Origin: the human T2T-CHM13v2.0 reference genome, Homo sapiens
DNA length: 64,000 bases
Reading direction: 5' to 3' (one strand)
Assembly: GCF_009914755.1 (NCBI RefSeq)
Contig: NC_060947.1
The notes beneath the pieces are model-generated. The model searched no databases. It was not told where the DNA came from and saw nothing but the letters and a program-made list of their open reading frames with translations. A program made the translations under genes and the position numbers. The stretch's first letter is position 1, and each line of letters opens with the position of its first letter. This document shows positions 42,092 to 55,964 of the stretch, piece by piece.

Positions 42092-45075
42092 GGAAAGTCT
42101 TGGGGGAGGTTTGTGATGTACATCCAGTGAGTAGCTAGTGGTCCCAGGTGCTGCTGGTTCGTGTGCTCTGAGGGAGAGTCTGAGCCACACGCTACTGACA
42201 GAGGAGCCCCTCAGGCCAGTGTAAGCATTAATAATGTCTTTCATCTTTGAGTGAATCTACAATGGCTTCAGCTTTGTGATCTAGTTTCTAGGACTCTAGA
42301 AGAAATATAGAAAACTTGTATTCATGGGTTTGGACAATGCAGGCAAAACCACTCTTCTTCACATGCTCAAAGGTGACAGATTGGGCCAACACATTCCAGC
42401 ACTACATCTGACATCACAAGAGCTAACAATTGCTGGAATGACTTTTACAACTTTTAATCTTGGTGGGCACGAGCAAGCACATCGGTTTGGAAAAATTATC
42501 TCCCAGCAATTAATGGGATTTTCTTTCTGGTGGATTGTGTGGATCATTCTTGCCTCGTGGAATTCAAATTTGAGCTTAAAGCTTTAATGACTGATGAAAC
42601 AGTATACAATGTGCCAATTCGTATTTTGGGAAACAAAATTGACAGAACAGATGAACTCAAGGAAGAAAAACTCTGTGAGATATCTGGGCTTTATGGACAA
42701 ACCACAGGAAAGGGGAATGTGACCCTGAAGAAGTTGAATGCTTGCCCCATAGAAGTGTTTGTGTGCAGTGTGCTCAAGAGGCAAGATTATGGTGAGGGTT
42801 TCCACTGATTCTCCCAGTATATTGACTGATGTCTGGGCACTGAAAATAAAAGAGTTTTGCTTCTCTGGACTGATCCTAATCACAGCTTCCTCATGAACTT
42901 TTCTAAAAGAACGAGGAAAGCTCTCCAACCATGTCTGCTATTGAGAGGCCATGAGTATCTGTCAACTCTCTCATTGCCTAGTGGTGACATGTGCTCTTTT
43001 CCACACTGTTGAAAGGTTATGTTGCCCCATGTGCTGGTACAAGTTTGTATCCTGGGACTTGGAAGCTGTCAGGATTTGCTGAGTAAAGCTGTGTGCCATC
43101 ATGGGGCACCTGAAAAGAAAAACACATCTCACCACTGTGGTTGATTTCAAAAGAAACTGATTCTATTTTTTAAAGAAAGTGTTGTTAATATAATTTGTAT
43201 CCCTCCTAACTTTTCAATTTCATAATTTACTTGGTCCAGAGTGTTCTATTATTTTTTAAACTAATGAATAATATTTAGATACTTCATAAAATTATGAACA
43301 GATACATATTGGAGGTCAGAGCTCATTTGGGTGAACTTACCGCTGCTGAGTTAGCAGGTTGGGGTGAGAAGCTCCCCTAAACTCACCTGTCTATATAACT
43401 GCCTTGTAGTAGGTGGCATCACCTTGTGCACAAAGAACAAGAAAAGGGGGAGAACCCTGGCCTTGCAGTTGTGGCAGGCTTCGACTGTAGCAAACTAGAG
43501 TCATTCATTATCAAGAAATGTGTACCAGATTATTCACTGTGGAGTAGTTAATTATAGAGGGGGTTATTGGTATTATAATTTTTACTTATAAAGTTACAGA
43601 TTTCAGCCAGTCTGCTTTTGTATAATACTTTCATGAGCTTTTATTCCTCTCTATAGCACTTTGTTTTTTCATTTTCAGTTATCGAAAGTGAATTTCACCT
43701 TATAAAAGAGTTAAGAACATCTCTCATGTTGTCACATACTGCAGGTGTGTCTCAGTAACATTTGCACAGATTTTAGGAGTAATTTTTTTAATAGGAAGAC
43801 ACAGGACAAAGTTAACAGCTTAAGGGTTCTCAATTCTATGAGTTGAGACTTAAAAATCTGGTATTGTAGCACTTATTTGGATCTAGAAAAAATTTTAGTT
43901 AGTGGGCTTCAAAACTTCCATTTGCAGAATTTGGTCCCTAATGGGCTGTTCCTGGACTCTTTTTCTTACATCTGTTCTCTTTAGATATATATTTTTGGTG
44001 TTTAAAGACAAGATTAACATATGTAGCTTTTTTGGGTTTGTTTGTTTGTTTTTGTATGAAATTGCCTTTTTTCCTTCCAGAAATAAGCTGTGGAAAACAC
44101 TAACCAAAAAACTTTCTGCAGAGCTGTTTTCTTGGAGGCAGCATCACTTATAGGCAGTAAAGACTCATTGTAAAAGCACCAGCATCCCTACTAGAGTAAT
44201 GAGGATTAATTTTATAGCATTCAATTTTCTTAGTACCAAGTGTGAAATTGGATTTTTATAATCTTAACCTATATTCTAAACTTGCAGTAAAATATGAAAT
44301 GATAGTATCTTCTAGGAAAAGATAGAATATAGGAGATGAAAAGCTGGAAAGATATATTTATTCTAATATGAGGGTAGAGAAAATATGGTCAACATGTTAC
44401 TGGGGTGAGAGAATAATGTTCTTTAGTTGGAGTTCTCATTCTTAGTCTTCAGTAATGATTTGTTGGGAAATAATACTTTTTTTCACTACCAGGTGCCAAA
44501 TGCAGAAACCCAGTGAAGTGCATCCCTGGGAACTACATACATTTTATTTATTAGCAAGCATAGCTGCATTAATAAAAAAAAATCTTTGGTTTGCAAAGGG
44601 ATAAAGCCTTAGGTAAACAAATTTAGCTAACAGTAAATAAAGTAGGTAGTTAACTTGCATATTTTTATTTCCTTTGGTTAAAGATTACCTTACTTCTCTA
44701 TTCAGAGACATGAGAAGTAGGATTGCTTCAGTGTTAGTTTCCTTATTTTTGCTTTTTTATTTGTCCCTAATCACTTTGTTGCAAGCTATAAAACTGTGTG
44801 ATCTACATAGGGCAGCTCTTTGTGAAAGTGGTTTATTCCCTTGGAGAAAGAGGGGATTGAATATCAGTTAGAGCACATCTATAATAAGATAACTGAAAAA
44901 AAGCTGCTGTGAGAAGCTCAGCTCCAAACACAGAATCAGCCCCTTGTACAGGAACTCCCATGAATTGAGACTTTCCATTCTGTTTTATTAGAGTGAATAT
45001 ATGTCCTATTTCAGGCAAAGTGAAACAGTTATTTACAAAAGAAAGTTAATCTGTATCCCAACCATCTTTTAAAAA
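42092..45075 (+). pseudogene. SAR1A: SAR1A (COPII small GTPase) processed pseudogene: 5'UTR, disabled CDS 42234-42829 and ~2.2 kb 3'UTR
   Basis: Intronless [74 protein letters not shown]. Stops at 42252, 42282, 42297 and 42806. 1-bp deletion frameshift near 42484 (CDS is 596 nt). Degenerate TSD AAATA(G)AAAA(T/CC)CACAATA at ~42075-42091 and ~45084-45102. Confidence 0.95.
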
Positions 45076-45317
45076 GTTAAAACAAATAGAAAACCCACAA
45101 TAACAGAAATTAGATTGTTTTGGTTGGGCTCATCAGTAGACATACTACAGCTAAGAAAAACATAAATAATCTTGAAGTTGAGTCAGTAGAAATTCCCCAA
45201 ACAGGAATGCTGAGAGAAAAAAGTAAGAAAATAGTACGGAACATGCAAGCCCAGTGGGATAATAAATGGTCTAATGTACATGTCATCAGAATCCTACGAG
45301 GAGAAGAGAGACAAAAG

Positions 45318-47745
45318 CTCCTACTTCCCTGCCCCTCTCTAATCAGTATTCTTTCAAGAGTTCTTTGGTGAAGCCATCTATCTGAAACTAAAATGAACCA
45401 AACTCATATTTCACTGGTGGTTGGAGAAAACCATGGCCAAAACGACTGTGGCAGGTCTCTATCTTGGGAGTTTTTAAGAAGGAATGTGCCAGAGGCCTTT
45501 CTCAAGAATGGAGTTTTCTTTTGTTTTGCAGAGGCAATCAATGTGTTTAGTGCTTGCTGGCCACAGCAGTTACTACCACGGAGCCTTCTGGGAGGGGCCA
45601 CTGTGTTGAAGGAGGCTCCTGCCTGAGGGACAGCATTAGGCAGTGGGCTCTGTAGAGTGAGAACCAGGTGGACGCCTTTTGTGCCCAGCTCAGAGTCCTG
45701 CACCACGCCAGGACTGCCCAGGCCAAGGGCTACTGACGCAAGTTCCACTCATTCCACTCTGTGACGAGGGGCCTTGCGCCTCTCCTGGAAGGGCTCTTGG
45801 AGAAGGAATTGGAGTTACGTACAAGTGACCTAAATGGGAAACTTTTCTAGATGAGATTGGATTAAATTCCATGTGATTTATCTTTCCTTTTAATTCAGGT
45901 TGGGAGTCATTTCTTTCTGGTGGATCACAGCTGTCCAGATGTTGCAACTGATTTTTATGTTTCTGTAGAGAAGTATTTTTCTTTCATCTTCAGGGTTTTT
46001 ATTTTATTTTTTTTTTGCTACCAAAAGAAAACATTGGAACTCTGTGTTTCCTCTTGATTGTGACTTCCCAATGTTGACAGTTAAGTCCTTAGTGTCGTAG
46101 GTCCCAGCCCACCAATACTATATCAAACACTGTTATGCACATAATGCAGCACTGTGATCTAATTTAAATAATACTTTTTATTATTTATACTACTATATAT
46201 AATATACATCAACACTTTTGCTATATAACCTAAGTGATAACCCTCTTTTAGTTACCTGCCAAACTCTGGACTTGTTTTATATTGTAGTTAACAGAGTACA
46301 AAGTTGTAATGGTGTCTTTTTTCCTTTGTAACTGAATGTGTAAATCAAAGTATATACATTCTGTGGTGTTCCTGTTTCTGGAGTTTCATGAGGATTTACA
46401 CATGGCATTCAGTGTTCTGTACAGATCTGCCTACCTTTGTGAATTCATCTGTTAACCCCTCTTCCTTTGAGAGAACACCAGCGATGGTGATTAACTCCTA
46501 GTGTTTTCTCTCTCTCCTACTGGTTATTCTTGAATTAAGCACAGACTCGTCAGCTCAGTAGCTTTATCATGAATAATGTGTGTGACCTTGCAGTTCTTCC
46601 ACAGTTCAGCAAACAAGTGCTAGCTTCACTGAACAAAAATTAAGGAAGGAAAACACGGTTTTTAAAATGATCCATCTTTTAACAGCCAAAACCAATGTGT
46701 CTAAGGTGCGGCATCTTGCTGTTGTACTTCTGAAAACAGACCTGTGTGAATGATCATTTCTGACTTAACCATGAGATGCTCATGTGTACCCTTCCAGTTG
46801 TTTTGTTAGCATTGAAATCAAGACTATTTAGTTGGAATATATGCAACAGTGTTTTTCCACTGTATTTCATTTGAAAAAGTTGAAACTTCTTTCTCTACCT
46901 TTTGCAAAATAATTGATATTCCATAGTGGATTCTCGAAGACTTTGATATGGTGAAACTATTAAACCTAGAAATTGTATTCATCCTTTCATGACTGTGGCC
47001 TGAGTTCCCCAGCCCCTCTCCTCCTTTTTTTAGATGAGATTTAGCACACTCTCAGTTATTTAAACATGCAACATTTCTTGAGTATGTATGTTGAGGCCAT
47101 CTGCACTCATAGCTGATTCAGTAACCAGTTTCATGCTGTGTCATTCACACTCAGTACTTAATACTGCCATAGTGAAAATGTGGAGGAAAAATGTATACAT
47201 GTGTGTCTGGGAAGCATATACACTTGTACATTTTTTAATACTCTGATTCTGTAACATTTCTGAGTTTTGTTTTGTTTTACAGAAGAAAAAATGTGATAAA
47301 GCGATCAGAAGACCAAGAGCTTTACTATCGATGCTTAGGGTCGTCTGACCTTGGCTGGCCAATAGACCTACATGGCCAAATTAACACGAGAGTAATAATT
47401 TTTCAAAAGCCAATTTTTTTCTGTATTTCTGTATGAAGATGCAAATATCATGAATAGAAAGGGAGAACCATAAAGGAGAAAGAACGTGATGTTCCGTTAT
47501 ATTTGTGTGAACCTAAACAAACAATGTGGAGGCAGGTGCAATCAGCCAAACTCTAGGGACTTGATGGTGTTGCTTGGAAGGCATCCATACCTGCATTTTG
47601 CATTCTTCGTATGTAATCATATTGCCAAAGACAAAGTATTCCATCATTTATTGTAAACAACACTTTTCCCCAGACCTACCATAAAGTTTCTGTGATGTAT
47701 TGTCTTCCAGTTGCAATAAAAATTACTGAGTTGCATCAATTGAAA
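45318..47745 (+). pseudogene. 5'-truncated processed copy of an mRNA 3'UTR (no CDS); parent tentatively FOXN3
   Basis: Non-repeat, UTR-like 2.4 kb block that interrupts otherwise contiguous L1M ORF1 sequence. Ends with AATAAA (47715-47720) and an A-rich tail about 22 nt later. Parent assignment is from memory and unverified. Confidence 0.7.
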
Positions 47746-48682
47746 AACAAAAAGAACAGAGAAAATATTTTTAAAAAATGGCTGATAATTTTCCAAAATA
47801 GCTACCAAATACTACAAATTGAAGAATTTCAGAAAACATCAAACAGGATAAATGCAATACAAACAAAACAAAAACATATTACACACACGCATATAAACAC
47901 ACACACCCATAGGCATATTATATTCACACTGCTAAAAACTATAAGCAAGGAGAAAATTTTGCAGTCAGCCAGGGATAGGGGCACATTGTTTACAGAGAAA
48001 GAAGCATAAGAATCATAGCAGACTTCTCTTTAGAAACCACAAAAACAAGAATACATCTTTTAAGTGTTGAAATAAAAACATTATCAACTTAGTATTCCAT
48101 TCCCAGTGAAAATGTCCTTCAAAAGTCTTCCAATGTGACCCAACTGACCTTTAAAAACCAACCTTCCAACAACAGAATACACATTCTTCACAAGTGCATA
48201 TAAAACATTCACAAAAATACATCATATTCTGGGCTGTAAAATAAACCTTGAAAAATTTAGAAGAATAGAAATTATACAAAGTATGTTACCAGGAAATAAC
48301 ATAATTAATCTAAAATCAATAGCATGGAGATTTTAAAAACCCACATATTTTGAAATTAAGCAGAACATTTACGTGAAAGAGAAAGTCTCCAGGAAAATTG
48401 AAGAATATTTTCAACAAAACAAAAAGTAAAATACAATATATCAAAATTTGTGATATGTGGCTAAAGTGTAGTGCTGAAATGAAAATATAGAGCATTAATG
48501 CATGTATTACAAAAGAAGAATAAGCTAAAATTAATAACCTAAACTTCCACCTTAGGAAAATATGTTAAGAAGAGCAATTTAAGTCTAAAGCAAGTAGAAG
48601 AAAGGAAACAATTTTAAAATTAAACAAAAGTCAAAAAATTAAAAATAATAAAACGTTAAATTTTTAAAAAAGATGGTTCTTT

Positions 48683-49709
<1,027 letters not shown>

Positions 49710-51543
49710 GCAGCTTAACTCTTTATCTTTCTCTCTCTGGCCCACTACGTTTGCTGTTTCTTCCCCTTTATTTTTAGATTTCCCTTCTTACTTTTTCTCT
49801 TTCTCCCTTTCCCAGTTTCTCTTTTCTTTCTTCTTACAAAAAACTTTTGAGCTTCCCTCAGTAACTCTTTAATCAACTTTTTATTCCAGCTATAAATCTT
49901 TTGTAACTTTTTGGTGATATCTGTCCAGCTTTTGGTCATAAAGTTGACCTTTAGAAGACCCTGTCCTACTGGGTCCTCCAGATGTAATATAGAGTATTTT
50001 CTCATCAGATCTTTAAGCCTCTGAAAGAATGCAAAGGGAGTTTCCTCCTTTTCTTGTTGAATTTCAAATGCCTTTGATAAATTGTGTGTCCTAGAAGTGG
50101 ACTATTTGATCCCTTTAAATATTAGCTCTCTGAGGTCCTGCATTTGGGCATGACATCTAGGATCATTATTATCCCATTCAAGATCAACATTTGCAAATTT
50201 TTATTCAGCTGACAGAACTTCTGTCTGAGAGGGTGCTGCCTTTCCCAAATGGTCATAGCTGCCCTCCTAATCATTCCCCTTTCTTCTCCAGTAAACAGAA
50301 TATTCACGATAGACATTTTGGCCTGGGTGTAGAAACTGGGTCCCAAGAATTGATCCAACTGTTCTGCTAACCCAAAGGGATCTTGTAGGAGTGGGTTCAT
50401 TTCCCTTTTTAAATTTCTGACTTCAGTACTTGTTAAACTTGCATTAACAAATCCAATTTCTCCCTGTCACATAGGGACTTCCCTGAGGGGGAACATATTA
50501 GACATCTTCTCTTTAGAGGGGATAGGGAAGCTTTAGCATCCTTCTTGCATTGTTCTCTTTTCTTAAACTCGGATAAGGGTTTAAAGGAACAGATGGTCTA
50601 GTTTCCTCATGGCCTCCAGCCTCTCCCCTTATGACTTTTCTATTGTTCCCTGATTTTCCTGTTTCCTATTTTGCCTGAGATATGGGGGGTGGGCAGGCAA
50701 GAAAGGATGTCCCAGGATTTCTTACTGAGTAAGTGTTGTTCATTTATTTTTCTTTAAGGGATAACACGGAAGATAATTCCTTAATCTAGCAAACAGCATA
50801 ATTTACTTCCTCTTGTGAAAGTGGGGTTCTATCATTAACATACATAATTAAATCTTGGCATACCCAACCTTCGTCCGAGCCAAACTTAGGCCAAAAGACA
50901 GAAAGTTGATGAATGGGGTCTTTAGGCCAGATAAAACAGCAATACTTTATCATCTTTTGTTTTTCCTTAACCCTGGTTCGGGGATTATTCCCCAAAGCCT
51001 GTAACATCCTGCCCAATGGACTATCTGGGAGGATGTTGGAGGGGACCTTCTTGGCTCCCTCCTTCCTTTGTTCCCTAGGCCTAGAATTTTTGCTTCCCAT
51101 TTTCTGCTGGTCCCTGTTTCTGAGTTTCCCTGTGTAATCAACCCTCCCTACTGGAGGTTTTTGGCACACCCAGTGAATCAACTGCTTGGTCCATCTCCGG
51201 CCATTTCCCTTGAGGGAGACTAAAAGCGCGGATTGGACATCCGCACTCACTTCGTATCTAGGATACATCTCAGACACACACACACTCGACCTGCAAAAAT
51301 GCCCAACCACCAAGGCAGTACTTATGGTCCAATTTTTTTACCTTGGTTTATGCACGAAGTTGCCTGGTTGCCACAGTGCCTGCTTTTCTCCCAGTGTCAC
51401 TTCCATTGTCTTCTGAATAATGGTTTCGGGTTTGTCTTTGGCTTCTGCAGGGAGCTGGGAGATCCAGACAGAGCAGGCCACATAAGTTGAGTGGGATGTG
51501 TCTCTCCTCTCAGCTGGAGTTTCAATCAATGGAGGCACAGAGA

Positions 51544-51561
51544 TCTCCATATGGGCCACCA
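51544..51561 (-). promoter_or_regulatory. Retroviral primer-binding site, tRNA-Ile
   Basis: TGGTGGCCCATATGGAGA lies 3 nt downstream of the LTR end. It differs from the Ile PBS TGGTGGCCCGTACGGGGA by three transitions. Confidence 0.82.
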
Positions 51562-51688
51562 AGTTGTAAAAAAAAAAAAACTCACCCATCCAAACCCAAG
51601 AATGGACTCAGAGACCCAGAGAACAGCGAAAGTGAGACTTTTAATGATGGTCTTGCAAGATCTGGTGTCCGGAATGCAGCCACAACCA

Positions 51689-51690
<2 letters not shown>

Positions 51691-51744
<54 letters not shown>
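51691..51744. repeat. (AT)27 microsatellite
   Basis: Perfect 54-nt AT dinucleotide run. Confidence 0.98.
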
Positions 51745-51747
<3 letters not shown>

Positions 51748-53812
51748 GTATTTCTCCTACTGCTATCCCTCCCCTAGCCCCCCGCCCCCTGACAGGCCCC
51801 GGTGTGTGATGTTCCCCTCCCTGTGTCCATGTGTTCTCATTGCTCAACTCCCACTTACGAGTGAGAACATGCAATGTTAGGTTTTCTGTTCCTGTGTTAG
51901 TTTGCTGAGAATGTTGATTTCCAGTTTCATCCATGTCCTTGCAAAGGACATAAACTCATTCTTTTTTGGCTGCGAAGTATTCGATGGTGTATATGTCCCA
52001 CATTTTCTTTATCCAGTCTATCATTGATGGGCATTTGGGTTGGTTCCAAGTTTTTGCTATTGTGAATAGTGCTGCAATAAACATACATGTGTATGTGTCT
52101 TTATAGTAGAATGATTTATAATCCTTTGGGTATATACCCAGTAATGGGATTGCTGGGTCAAACGGTATTTCTGGTTCTAGATCCTTGAGGAATCGCCACA
52201 CTGTCTCCCACAATGGTCGAACTACTTTACTCTCCAACCAACAGTGTAAAAGTGTTCCTATTTTTCCGCATCCTCTCCAGCATCTATTTTTTCTGAACTT
52301 TTTAGTGATCGCCATTCTAACTGGTGTGAGACGGTATCTCACTGTGATTTTCATTTGCATTTCTCTAATGACCGGTGATGATGAGCTTTTTTTCATGCTT
52401 GTTGGCTGCATAAGTGTCTTCTTTTGAGAAGTGTCTGTTTATATCCTTTGCCCACTTTTTGATGGGGTTCTTTTTCTTGTAAATTTGTTAAAGTTCCTTG
52501 TAGATTCTGGATATTAGCCCTTTGTCAGATGGATGGATTGCAAAAATTTTCTCCCATGCTGTAGGTTGCCTGCTCACTGTGATGATAGTGTCTTTTGCTA
52601 TGCAGAAGCTCTTTAGTTTAATTAGATCCCACTTGACAATTTTCGCCTTTGTTACCATTGATTTGGTTGTTTTAGTCATGAAGTCTTTGCCCATGCCTAT
52701 GTCCTGAATGGTATTGCCTCGGTTTTCTTCTAGGGTATTTATGGTTTTATTTCTTACATTTAAGTCTTTAATCCATCTTGAGTTATTTTTTTGTGTAAGG
52801 TGTAAGGAAGGGGTCCAGTTTCAGTTTTCTGCATATAACTAGCCAGTTTTCCTAATACCATTTATTAAATAGGGAATCCTTTCTGCATTGCTTGTTTTTG
52901 TCAGGTTTGTCAAATATCAGATTGTTGTAGATGTGTGTCATTATTTCTGAGATCTCTATTCTGTTTTATTGGTCTATATATCTGTTTTGGTACCAGTACC
53001 ATGCTGTTTTGGTTACTGTAGGCTTGTAGTATTGTTTGAAGTCAGGTTGCATGGTGCCTCCAGCTTTGTTCTTTCTGCTTAGGATTGTCTTGGCTATGCA
53101 GGCTCCTTTTTGGTTCCATATGAAATTTAAAGTAGGTTTTTTTTCTAATTCTGTGAAGAAAGTCAATGGTAGCTTGATGGGGATAGCATTGAATCTATAC
53201 ACTACTTTGGGCTCTATGGCCATTTTCACAATATTGATTCTTCCTATCCATGAGCATGGAATGCTCTTCCATTTTTTTGTGCCCTCTCTTATTTCATTGA
53301 GCAGTGGTTTGTAGTTCTCCTTGAAGAGGTCCTTCACATCCCTTATAAGTTGAAATCTTAGGTATTTTATTCTGTTTGTAGCAATTGTGAATGAGATTTC
53401 ACTCATAATTTGGCTCTCTGTTTGTTTATTATTGGTGTATAGGAATGCTTGTGATTTTTGCACATTGATTCTGTATCTTTTTTTTTTAATTATACTTTAA
53501 GTTTTAGGGGACATGTGCACAATGTGCAGGTTAGTTACATATGTATACATGTGCCATGTCGGTGTGCTGAACCCAGTAAATCGTCATTTAACATCTTGAG
53601 GTTTGCTGAAGTTGCTTATCAGCTTAAGGAGATTTTGAGCTGAGATGATGGGGTTTCCTAAATATACAATCATGTCATCCGCCAACAGAGACTATTTGAC
53701 GTTCTCTCTTCTTATCTAAATACACTTTATTTATTTATCTTGCCTGATTGCCCTGGCCAGAACTTCCAATACTGTGTTGAATAGGAGTGGTTAGAGAGGG
53801 CATCCTTGTCTT
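51745..53812 (-). mobile_element. 5'-truncated L1PA7-like LINE inserted in the HERV-I LTR; terminal ~110 nt and poly-A missing
   Basis: L1PA 3'UTR from 51745 and ORF2 fragments 51956-53463. LTR sequence resumes at 53813. Confidence 0.9.
53478..53593 (-). mobile_element. Very short young L1 3' end (L1PA2/3-like) nested in the L1PA7
   Basis: Poly-T followed by AATTATACTTTAAGTTTTAGGG..GTTAGTTACATATGTATAC..TCGTCATTTAACA. Short ATCTT duplication on both sides. Confidence 0.85.
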
Positions 53813-54680
53813 GACCCAGCACAGTTTTAACAAGCAATTTATCCCGTAGTGCATAGGTCCTTCCCCTGGTTTCTCATTGGCTGAGTACTATGGTGTCACA
53901 ATCTTTCCCAGTGTCACCTATTGATTGTTAGGCAGGGGCTTCAAGTACGTTCTTTAGGGTCTTTCTGCTGCATTTTATCATAGCCCACAATGCATTACAA
54001 CTGTCTCAGGACACTTCAAACATTTGACTTATGGCTCTGGTGGCTACTCTTAGCTGGTAAGAAAAGGTAAAATTGTCTATGTTGCAAGCTAGCTTATACT
54101 AAATTTTTTGGTGGGGTTGGGAAGGGGTAGTTGAGGGGGCCCCAACCAATAGGTGCCTGGCTGCTGGGTGAAAAGGAAGGCAGGAAGGAGGGAGGGTGGT
54201 GACTCGGTACACTCTGCTTCTTTCTCTCTTTATTTCCATGTAGCCTGCTTAAAATTAAGGCACTTAGAATTGAAAATGGATGATCATATATAGGTTATTT
54301 TCCACATATATGGTATTGATTTATTTACTACAATAAACAACACATATTTAGGGTGTACTGATTGATAAGTTTTTGCATATGTAACTACCTGTGAAAACGT
54401 TACTACAATCAAGATCATGAACAAATTTATTATCCTCATAGTTTTTTATGCTTCTTTGCAATCTCTTCTTATCTTCTCTTACCACCCCCAGGCAAGCATT
54501 GATCAACTTTCTGTCTCTATAGATTTGTTGATATTTAAAAATTATTCATAAAAATGCAACTGAAGAAAAGGTTTTCTTTTTTGCCTGGCTTCTTTTACTC
54601 AGTGTAATCATTTTTGATATTTATCAGTGTTATTGCATGTATCAACTGTTCATTCTTTTTGTTATTAAGTAATATGCCAT

Positions 54681-55052
54681 TGTCTTAGTTCAATTTGTGC
54701 TGCTACAAAAAAATACCACTGACTGGCTAGTTTATAAAGAAAATAAATAATTATTTTCTCACAGTTTGGGAGGCTGCAAAGGCCAAGGCCAAGGCACTGG
54801 AAGGTTCAGTTGTCTGGAGATGACTGTATTATTTAGAGGGAATGAACATTATGTCCTAATTTGGTGGAGGGTAGAAGGACAAGAGAGCCAAATGCCACAT
54901 GAAACATCTTTTATAAGGGCCTTAATTCTAGGCACAAAAAAGGATCCCATATAATCTAATCACTTTTTATAGGCCCTACCTCTTAATATTATCATATTGG
55001 CCATTATGTTTAAATACCAGAATTTTGAAGGGCACACATCCAAGCCATAACT
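54681..55052 (-). mobile_element. MLT1A/MSTD-like solo LTR
   Basis: TGTCTTAGTTCAATTTGTGCTGCTACAA...CACATCCAAGCCATAAC termini, ~370 bp. Confidence 0.75.
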
Positions 55053-55964
55053 TCTATTTTACGCACATACCACAATTTCTTTATTTATCTCTTGATGGAC
55101 ATATTGGATGTTTAAAGTTTGGAGCTATTACAAATAAAACTGTCATGGCATTTTTGTAAAAGTCTTTATTGGCATATACTTTTATTTTTATTGGATTAGT
55201 ATCTAGGGGTGGAAAGGCTAGATCATACTGAAGATGTATATTTGATTTTTAAGAAACTCACACAAAAATTTTCAAAGTGGTTGTCCCATTTTACATTCCC
55301 ACTAGCAATGCGTGAGATTTTCTATTTTTGCAGATCGCAATCAACATTTGGTATGGCCAATTTTACAAATTTTGTACATTCTAATTTGTGTGGGTTGACA
55401 TCTCATTGTGGTTTTAATTTGCATTTATTTAATGACAATACCATGCATCTTGTTATTTGCCATGCATATGGGGATTTTTCCAGTTAGTTATCCGTTCAAA
55501 TATTTTTCCAATTTCTTATTGTGTTGCAAATATTTTCTCAGTGTTTAACTAATGGTCACAATGCAATTCAAAAATCAGATGCCCAATTTATTGTTTTCTC
55601 TTTTGTGAATTGTGCTTTTGATGTCATATCTAGGAAATATTTGCCCAATTGAAATTAGAATTTTTTAAATATTTTCTGCTAGATTATTTTATGATTTTAC
55701 AGTATACATTTAGTCTATAATCCATTTTGTGTTGACTTTTATAAATGCCGTGAGGTATGAATTGCAATTTAGATTTTTTTATGGATATACAATTGTTCTG
55801 ACACAATTTTTTGAAAACATGTCTGTCTCCACTGAATTGCCCTTGCAATTTTGTCAAAGATAAATTGTCTATTTGTATGTATGGGTCTATTTATTCACTA
55901 TTTTTCTATTTGTTTATCTTTATGCCAATACCACAATGTGTTTATTACTACAGCTTTATAGTAA

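Larger units (their letters stand above)
49710..54306 (-). mobile_element. HERV-I group remnant: 5' LTR (LTR10 family; 51565-51690 and 53813-54306), PBS, leader, decayed gag
   Basis: Gag MA 50786-51103 (MGSKNSRPRE..PDSPLGRML..MIKYCCFIWP..WPKFGSDE). CA fragments 49745-50400. LTR starts TGTGGAAAATAACC (minus). PBS matches tRNA-Ile. Confidence 0.85.

Noticed and set aside
42324-42808. Functional SAR1 retrogene
   Set aside because: Three early stops, a frameshift splitting the GTPase domain into two frames, and a late stop.
51487-51934. ORFs with IYIYIY repeats
   Set aside because: Translation artifacts of the (AT)27 microsatellite.
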